Positions 57,806 through 64,000 of a DNA stretch of 64,000 bases are shown here, piece by piece. The notes below the pieces were generated by a model, which saw nothing but the letters and a program-made list of their open reading frames with translations, ran no database searches and was not told the DNA's origin. This stretch comes from Acidobacteriota bacterium (GTDB taxonomy: Bacteria > Acidobacteriota > UBA6911 > RPQK01 > JAJDTT01): assembly GCA_965217775.1 (NCBI GenBank), contig CBDCJH010000002.1, positions 2,080,001 through 2,144,000 of the forward strand. The letters run 5' to 3'. Every line of letters begins with the position of its first letter. The stretch's first letter is position 1. Made by a program: the position numbers and the translations under genes.

Positions 57806-58864
57806 ATGGCGTCCATCGAGATCCTGGGCACGGGCCGAATCGACGAGCGTGAGTCGGCATTTCCCCAGGCGGTCCAACTCCCCGACGGAGACATCCTCTG
57901 CTCCTTTAATGTCGGTGGCGGCGCTCACGCCACCGGCGGCTCGGACTGGGCCCGCTCCACTGACGGAGGCGAAACCTGGGAGGTGGAAGGCACGCTTCTG
58001 CCTCGCAAGGAAGACTCCACCAACGCGTTGAAGCTGAGCCTTTCGGCCGACGGCCGGACCGTCTATGCCTACGGCTCCCGTCACTTCACGCGAGCTACGA
58101 AGGTGTTCGGTGACTCCGAGAATGAGCCCGTCTTCCTCCGCTCCTTGGACGGAGGACGGAACTGGTCCCCTCCCCGCTCCGTCCCCATGCAGGGGCACAG
58201 GAAGCTGGAGATCTCGCACGGAATCCTCCCCCTGCGGTCCGGCCGCCTGCTGGCGCCGGCCGCCACCCTCGATTCCAAGGACACGTTGGGCAAGCAGGTC
58301 CTGGCCGCCGTGTCCGACAACGGCGGGGAGACGTGGCCGCGCCATGCAATCGTGTTCGAAGACCCGGAGGCGAAGCTGGGGTACCTGGAGCAGAAGCTGG
58401 CCCAGACCGATGAGGGCCTGCTCATCGCCACCTGCTGGACCGTGACCCTGGGGGAGGTGGTCGACGAGGAAGACTCGTTCGTGATCTCCCGGGACGACGG
58501 CCTCACCTGGAGCGTTCCCCGCAGTACCGGTATTCGGGGCCAGACCATGACTCCCATCCCTCTGGGCGGCGACCGGCTCCTGGTCCTCTACAACCGGCGG
58601 TACGGGGATCAGGGAATTGTGATGAACCTGGTCACCTTCACTCCCGAAGGATGGGAGATCCACTACGAGGGACTGATGTACGATCCCGGAACCCGCCGGG
58701 ATCGGCCGGCTGGTCTGGCCACGGGGGTGGAGGAGTTCGGAGGCTTCCAGTTCGGGTTCCCCACCGCCATCCGCCTCCAGGACGGCGACTTCCTGGCCAC
58801 GCACTGGTCCCGGGAAGGGGGCCGGTTCGGCGTGCGCTGGACCCGCCTGAGGATCGACTGGTAG
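57806..58864 (+). CDS. Sialidase-like BNR/Asp-box protein
   Basis: AAGGAGG RBS; STDGGETW, SLDGGRNW, SDNGGETW, SRDDGLTW. Confidence 0.85.
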   Translation: MASIEILGTGRIDERESAFPQAVQLPDGDILCSFNVGGGAHATGGSDWARSTDGGETWEVEGTLLPRKEDSTNALKLSLSADGRTVYAYGSRHFTRATKVFGDSENEPVFLRSLDGGRNWSPPRSVPMQGHRKLEISHGILPLRSGRLLAPAATLDSKDTLGKQVLAAVSDNGGETWPRHAIVFEDPEAKLGYLEQKLAQTDEGLLIATCWTVTLGEVVDEEDSFVISRDDGLTWSVPRSTGIRGQTMTPIPLGGDRLLVLYNRRYGDQGIVMNLVTFTPEGWEIHYEGLMYDPGTRRDRPAGLATGVEEFGGFQFGFPTAIRLQDGDFLATHWSREGGRFGVRWTRLRIDW

Positions 58865-58885
58865 GACGTCCCCGAAACGGCACGC

Positions 58886-59700
58886 TCAGCGGCCGGCGGA
58901 CTTGGTGAAACGGACGGCGTGGACCAGATAACGTCGGATCGCATCCAATTGCCAGGTCCACGGCTCAACTTGTTTCACACCCCGAAACGACTCCGCCACA
59001 TGCGGAACCGCCCGGAGAGCATCCTCCAGCCCCTGCGGACCCAGACCGAGAAAGTACCGTCCCATCTGCTCCGACTCCCGGGATGAGGCCGGCTCACGTG
59101 GTTCGGCAGCGCCGGGTTCCGCGACGGCCTCGGCCATGTCGGTCACCACGACCCCCGTCCCGCCTGGGGCGATCAGATCGGTCAAGAGACGAACGTGTGC
59201 GTCTCGGACCCGCAGCATGGTCCGGTCGCGGCGGGATCCGGGTGGATGGAGGCGGCTCACCGTCTCCAGGAGTTGGCTTACCACACAGGTGGAGACCACG
59301 AGTTCGAAGTCTTTGGCCGGGACCTTCGCCGTGTCGGCATCCGGACCGCCGAGGCCCGAAAGGTCCAGATCGTCCCGCAAGTGAATGTTGGAACCCTCCG
59401 GAATCCCTTGTCTCAGAAGCGCCTGCTCCATGGCCTCCCGGTCCAGGTCGAAGAGATGGATCTCACCGCACTCGGCGGCCAACTGGCGCAGATCCAGGTC
59501 GTTGCAGTTCCCCGCCCCCAGGATCGCCACCCTGCCCTGCAGCCGGCTCTCGGCGCCCAGCAGGTCCATGACCCGGTTTCGATGCCTGCTGAAGAAGTCC
59601 CAGTTTTTCCGCGTGCTTCGGTTGACGATCCGATGCGCCTGGCTTCTCTGCCGGAGTTCATCTCCGAGTCGACTCACGGCCCTCTCCTCGAATACGTCAT
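58886..59700 (-). CDS. Hypothetical protein with a SAM-binding-like motif (start uncertain)
   Basis: VAILGAGNCNDLDL...HLFDLD...LVVSTCVVSQL. Confidence 0.6.
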
Positions 59701-59759
59701 TTCCACGCTTGCCGTTGGAGTCTGGAATTCTACGCTGTAGCCACCCAGGAGAAAAAGCC

Positions 59760-59867
59760 GTTATAGAATACGCCCGTCGTTTCACCTCGGTGAAGCGGGG
59801 TGAGTTGCGGCGGGGGACCTTTGTTGGCATGTTGAAACAGTTGAACATCAGCAGGGAGGACTTCTGA
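59760..59867 (+). pseudogene. HicA-like toxin C-terminal remnant
   Basis: ELRRGTFVGMLKQLNISREDF directly upstream of a hicB-like gene; no clear start. Confidence 0.45.
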
Positions 59868-59868
59868 G

Positions 59869-60117
59869 GTGCGATACGCTTACCCCTGTGGCCTGACTCC
59901 CGAACAAGAGGGCGGATTCTCTGTCACGTTTCCAGACGTTCCCGAGGCGCTGACTTGCGGAAACGACAAGGCTGAAGCCTTGGCGATGGCCGAGGACGCA
60001 CTCGCGACAGCTTTGGCCGGTTACGTTCAGGAAGGCTGGGACATTCCAATTCCGAGCAGGACCACCAGTGGTCAAGAAATGATCGCCGTAGCGAGGCCGC
60101 TGTCCGAAGACTTCTGA
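59869..60117 (+). CDS. hicB: HicB family antitoxin (short, no C-terminal DNA-binding domain)
   Basis: GGFSVTFPDVPEALTCG....EALAMAEDAL...IPIPS. Confidence 0.8.
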   Translation: MRYAYPCGLTPEQEGGFSVTFPDVPEALTCGNDKAEALAMAEDALATALAGYVQEGWDIPIPSRTTSGQEMIAVARPLSEDF

Positions 60118-60373
60118 ACCTGGACCATCGGTCCCATATCAACCAGGTCGAGAGAGCGCTTCGGGTTGTAGGGCGCGGACTGGTCGTCGAAGATAGAGTC
60201 GTCCGAAGGCGAGTTGGATTCTTCCTGCGGTCTTCGACAACCCTCCACAGGTTCAGAGAAGAACCCGCAAACCGTTTTAAGTATCGGAGGTGAACAGCCA
60301 ACACCTGTGTGGTAGTTTTCGGTGTTCCCGGACAAAAATGTTAACCCGTTGATCCGCACCCGGAGAGGAGCCC

Positions 60374-61942
60374 ATGAAAACCGACTTCTGGACGCGAATG
60401 CTCTGTCTTCTCTTGCTGTCCACTTTCACCGCCCACGCCGCTTCCGACGTGGCGAGCCTGGTTGAGATCGGCAATCGCAAGCAGTTGTTCATCGACGACT
60501 ACATGATCCAGAGCCTGACCGACGCCAAACAGGTGCTCAACACCGCGGTCAAGGAGCCCAGCAACCCGGTCATCCGCCCGGACCGGCCCTGGGAGGGACA
60601 TTTCTCTCCTGTGGCCAAGGTCCTCTACGACCCGGGGGAGAAGCTCTTCAGGATGTGGTACTCCACCAGCGGCGACTGGCGCGCGGAACCGGGAGGGCAG
60701 CTCGTGGAATTCCACTGGACCGACACCGGCGCCACTCGGGAAATAGTCGATGCTCCCTACCGATACGTGGGGATCTACGGCAACTACAACTACCGGCTCT
60801 GCTACGCCACCTCCAAGGACGGAGTCCATTGGGAAAAACCGAATCTGGGCAAGGTGGAGTTCAACGGCAGCCGCAACAACAACTTGCTGCCGGCCGGCGG
60901 CCGGGCGCCGACCTTCGAGGACCCCAACGAGACCGATCCCGCCAAGCGGTACAAGTCGATTGCCATGACGCGGACCAAGAATCCGCCCGGCATGCAGTTG
61001 CACGTCTACTATTCCCCGGACGGATTCAATTGGACTCCCGAGCCGACCAACCCGGTGATGGACACGACCCCGGAGCCCGGTCGCTGGGGCCCCACCCACT
61101 ACATGGGATGGGACCCGATCCGGAAGGTCTACGCCGCCCACATCGAGAACTGCCTGCACCGCGCATGCCCCACCGGCAAGAGGATCGTGGGGCGGGCGGA
61201 GAGCCCCGACTTCAGGAATTGGAGTCTCCCCCAGAACATCCTCCTTCCGGACGCCGAGGACTACCCGGACACCGAGTTCTACCTCTTTCCGGTGGTGGCG
61301 TACGAGGGCACCTACATTGCCGTGCCCTGGATCTATCGGACCACACGGACCCTCCATTATCCGACGCTGGCCTTCAGCCGCGACGGCGTGAACTACGAAC
61401 GGAAATTCCGCGAGCCCCTGGTTCGGCCCGGCGCCGAGGGGAGCTTCGATTCGGTCAGTGTCTACTCCCAGGCGCCGATCATGCAGGGCGGGAAGATCCG
61501 GATCTACTACACGGGCGCCAACTGGCGGGGGCCCGAACAGCTTTATCTCAGGCAGGAGGCCGAGGGAGAATCGCCGCTGCGGGCGCCCGGTCTGGCGACC
61601 CTGCCGGAGGACGGGTTCGTCTCCATCGACGCGGGCAAGCTCAAGCCCGGGATCCTGCTCACCCAGACCTTCAGCTTCGATGGCTCAGGCCTTTACGTCA
61701 ACATGGAGGCCGCCCGGAACAACGACGGCTCCGGGATTCCCCAGATCAAGGTGGAAATCCTGGATCACCAGACTAAGCCGCTTCCCGGCTTCTCGTTGAA
61801 GGAGTCGGACCCCATGGCCGTCCGGGGAGCCGCCCAGGCCAGTTGGCAGGGCAAGAGCGACGTGAGTTCATTGGAGGGCCGCCCCGTCCAGCTCCGCTTC
61901 TGGATCCGGAACGCGAGCCTTTTTTCGTTTCAGTTCAAGTAG
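60374..61942 (+). CDS. Secreted five-bladed beta-propeller glycoside hydrolase-like protein
   Basis: Signal peptide; QLFIDD, NPVI.PD.PWE, YATSKDG.HWEKP, SPDGFNW, DGFVS. Confidence 0.75.
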   Translation: MKTDFWTRMLCLLLLSTFTAHAASDVASLVEIGNRKQLFIDDYMIQSLTDAKQVLNTAVKEPSNPVIRPDRPWEGHFSPVAKVLYDPGEKLFRMWYSTSGDWRAEPGGQLVEFHWTDTGATREIVDAPYRYVGIYGNYNYRLCYATSKDGVHWEKPNLGKVEFNGSRNNNLLPAGGRAPTFEDPNETDPAKRYKSIAMTRTKNPPGMQLHVYYSPDGFNWTPEPTNPVMDTTPEPGRWGPTHYMGWDPIRKVYAAHIENCLHRACPTGKRIVGRAESPDFRNWSLPQNILLPDAEDYPDTEFYLFPVVAYEGTYIAVPWIYRTTRTLHYPTLAFSRDGVNYERKFREPLVRPGAEGSFDSVSVYSQAPIMQGGKIRIYYTGANWRGPEQLYLRQEAEGESPLRAPGLATLPEDGFVSIDAGKLKPGILLTQTFSFDGSGLYVNMEAARNNDGSGIPQIKVEILDHQTKPLPGFSLKESDPMAVRGAAQASWQGKSDVSSLEGRPVQLRFWIRNASLFSFQFK

Positions 61943-61950
61943 ATCGCGAT

Positions 61951-61985
61951 GAAGAGGGGAACTGCAAGTCCCCCCTCCCAGGGTG
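61951..61985 (+). repeat. REP-like palindrome variant between convergent genes
   Basis: GAAGAGGGGAACTGCAAGTCCCCCCTCCCAGGGTG. Confidence 0.7.
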
Positions 61986-61986
61986 C

Positions 61987-62874
61987 TCAGGCTTCGGGCA
62001 TCAGTTCGCGGAAGCGGTTCCAGACGCGGTCTGCCTGCTCCCGGGTCAACGGAATGCCCGGAGGCCGGGGGACACCGCAGTCGATTCCGAGTCGCCTCCC
62101 CATGAGCTCCTTGAGGACGGCGACGTAGGGCCCGTACTCTCCGTCGAAGAGGCCGAAGATCTCCGTCGCCTTGTCCTGAGCCTTCCGGGCCCGCGCCCAA
62201 TCCCCGTCCTGATAAGCGCCCCAGACCTGGAGGAAGGGTTCGGGAGCCACCCCGGGCGGGCCGTCGACACACCCCACGGCGCCCTCGACCAGGGCCGGCA
62301 GCATCAGGCAGCTGAAACCCTTCAAACAGGCCAGACCCATGCGGGAGAAGATCCAGACGTTCCTGAAGTTGACCGCCGAATGCTTGAGACCGGTCAGTTC
62401 AGGCACCTCATCCTGGAGCTTCTTCATCAGCCCGGGGGTGAACTCCAGACCCGTGGCGTCGGGCAGGTTGTAGACGAAGAGGGGGAGGCCGGCGGCCTTG
62501 CCGATGGCCTGGTAGTAGCCGATCGCTTCGTCCTCGCCCGCACCGTAGAATGAGCCGGGCAAGGCGCAGACGGCGTCAACGCCGGCCCGGGCGGCCTGCT
62601 CCGCCATCCCGGCGGCAGCCGACGTGGTCGCCGCGCCTACGTGCATGATGATCCGCACGCGGCCCCGGCACTGATCCGCGGCGATCTCGGCGATTCGCCG
62701 GTTCTCGTCCGGCTGGAGCAACACGCTCTCGCCGCTCCCGCCGGCCACCCAGAACCCATGGACCCCGGCCTGGACATTGAATTCCAGGACCTGCCGAAAG
62801 GCCTCCTCGTTGAGCCGGTCCTCTCGGTCCATGGGAGTGATGACGGCCGGATAGAGCCCTCGGAAACTGGTCAT
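61987..62874 (-). CDS. Dihydrodipicolinate synthase / N-acetylneuraminate lyase family aldolase
   Basis: GLYPAVITP, GGSGE, VYNLP, GLKHS. Confidence 0.88.
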   Translation of the reverse strand: MTSFRGLYPAVITPMDREDRLNEEAFRQVLEFNVQAGVHGFWVAGGSGESVLLQPDENRRIAEIAADQCRGRVRIIMHVGAATTSAAAGMAEQAARAGVDAVCALPGSFYGAGEDEAIGYYQAIGKAAGLPLFVYNLPDATGLEFTPGLMKKLQDEVPELTGLKHSAVNFRNVWIFSRMGLACLKGFSCLMLPALVEGAVGCVDGPPGVAPEPFLQVWGAYQDGDWARARKAQDKATEIFGLFDGEYGPYVAVLKELMGRRLGIDCGVPRPPGIPLTREQADRVWNRFRELMPEA

Positions 62875-62941
62875 GTGGGTCCTTTCGTTGCCGGATGAAG
62901 GTTCGGTGGCGATCGGCGCGGCGGTCTGCACCGCTGGAGAT

Positions 62942-64000
62942 TCAGGCCATGATATCGGTGATCACGTTGCCGTGGATGTCGGTGAGGCGAAAATCCCGTC
63001 CCGCGTAGCGGTAGGTCAGCCGCGTATGGTCGAGTCCCATGAGGTGCAGGATCGTGGCGTGCAGATCGTGGATGTGCACCTTGTTCTCCACCGAGTAGTA
63101 GCCGTAGTCGTCGGTGGCTCCGTAGGAGAAGCCGGGTTTCACTCCGCCGCCGGCCATCCACATGGTGAATCCCTGGGGATTGTGGTCCCGGCCGTCGGAT
63201 CCCTGGGCCACCGGTGTGCGTCCGAACTCGCCCCCCCAGAGGACCAGCGTGTCCTGCAACAGGCCTCTCCCCTTGAGGTCGCGGAGCAGGCCGGCGATGG
63301 GCTTGTCCACTTCCCGGGCATTCTGGGTGTGGTCGCGGCGCAGCCGCCGGTGCTGGTCCCACTTGTAGCTGTGGCTCACCTGCACGAAACGGACGCCGGC
63401 CTCGGCCAGACGCCGGGCCATCAGGCACTGGCGGCCGAAGTCCTCGGTCATCCGGTCGTCCAAGCCGTAGAGCTTCCGGGTGGTCTCGGACTCCAGGGAG
63501 AGGTCCTGCAAACCGGGAGCCTGAGCCTGCATCCGGAAGGCCAGCTCGAAGGCCTGGATCCGGCCTTCCAGATTCCGGTCGGGACCGGTCCGGGCCAGTT
63601 GCTGCTGGTTCATCTCCCGAATGAAGTCCAAGTGCTTGCGCTGGATGTCTCGCGGGACCTGGTCGTTGGTGATGAACGGGATCTTCGCGTCCTTGGCCTC
63701 GATTCGGCTGGTGCCCATGGCGGTGCCGGAGTAGGGAGCGGGGAGGAACGCCGAACTGTAGTTGTTGGCTCCACCGTGACCCTGAGTGGGACAGATGGTG
63801 ATGAACCCCGGCATGTCCTGGTTTTCGCTTCCCAGACCGTAGGTGAGCCAGGAGCCGATGCTGGGGCGGACGAAGGTGTCGCTGCCGGTGTGCAACTCCA
63901 GCAGGGCCGCTCCGTGACGGGAGTTGGAGGCGTGCATGGACTTGATGAAGCAGAGGTCATCCACGAATTCGGCCACGTGGGGAAAGAGCTCACTGACCCA
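62942..64000 (-). CDS. DUF1501 domain protein (5' end outside the window)
   Basis: [49 protein letters not shown]. Confidence 0.9.
   Translation of the reverse strand, partial: WVSELFPHVAEFVDDLCFIKSMHASNSRHGAALLELHTGSDTFVRPSIGSWLTYGLGSENQDMPGFITICPTQGHGGANNYSSAFLPAPYSGTAMGTSRIEAKDAKIPFITNDQVPRDIQRKHLDFIREMNQQQLARTGPDRNLEGRIQAFELAFRMQAQAPGLQDLSLESETTRKLYGLDDRMTEDFGRQCLMARRLAEAGVRFVQVSHSYKWDQHRRLRRDHTQNAREVDKPIAGLLRDLKGRGLLQDTLVLWGGEFGRTPVAQGSDGRDHNPQGFTMWMAGGGVKPGFSYGATDDYGYYSVENKVHIHDLHATILHLMGLDHTRLTYRYAGRDFRLTDIHGNVITDIMA

Noticed and set aside
1-64000. tRNA or rRNA genes and island att sites
   Set aside because: None was recognisable by eye, and no direct repeat was seen at the island borders (~29375 and ~46730). 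A tRNAscan/Infernal run would be needed to exclude them.

Overview
High-GC bacterial window. The gene content (DUF1501, PVC-type heme protein, many Tat-exported oxidoreductases) suggests an Acidobacteriota/PVC-like organism; this is inference only. 1-14.8 kb holds two tandem paralogous giant secreted proteins (SwmB-like/Ig-like repeats, poly-Pro, FN3, doubled ~220-aa C-terminal domain), and the complete one carries an N-terminal phospho-His plus ATP-grasp dikinase module. 15-29.4 kb and 46.7-64 kb are ordinary catabolic and transport genes with scattered REP-like palindromes. The standout is the accessory island at ~29.4-46.7 kb. It is cut into 12 modules (62 bp to ~2.7 kb) by 13 same-orientation copies of a 29-bp imperfect palindrome, consensus CGAGAGGAGGTGAC-T-GTCCCCTTCTCNCG. 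One module (a Tat oxidoreductase with its own promoter) occurs twice with repeat-to-repeat boundaries and a third time as a 63-bp tail. Other modules carry TA, HEPN-like, PD-(D/E)XK-like, DUF2806 and TIR plus membrane genes, and several genes (RT, tyrosine recombinase, IS1380-like transposase, methylase-linked ORF) are cut off at a repeat. This resembles a cassette capture or shuffling array that is neither CRISPR nor a classical integron. No intact recombinase or transposase is present in the window. All family assignments come from motif recognition by eye, with no database searches.
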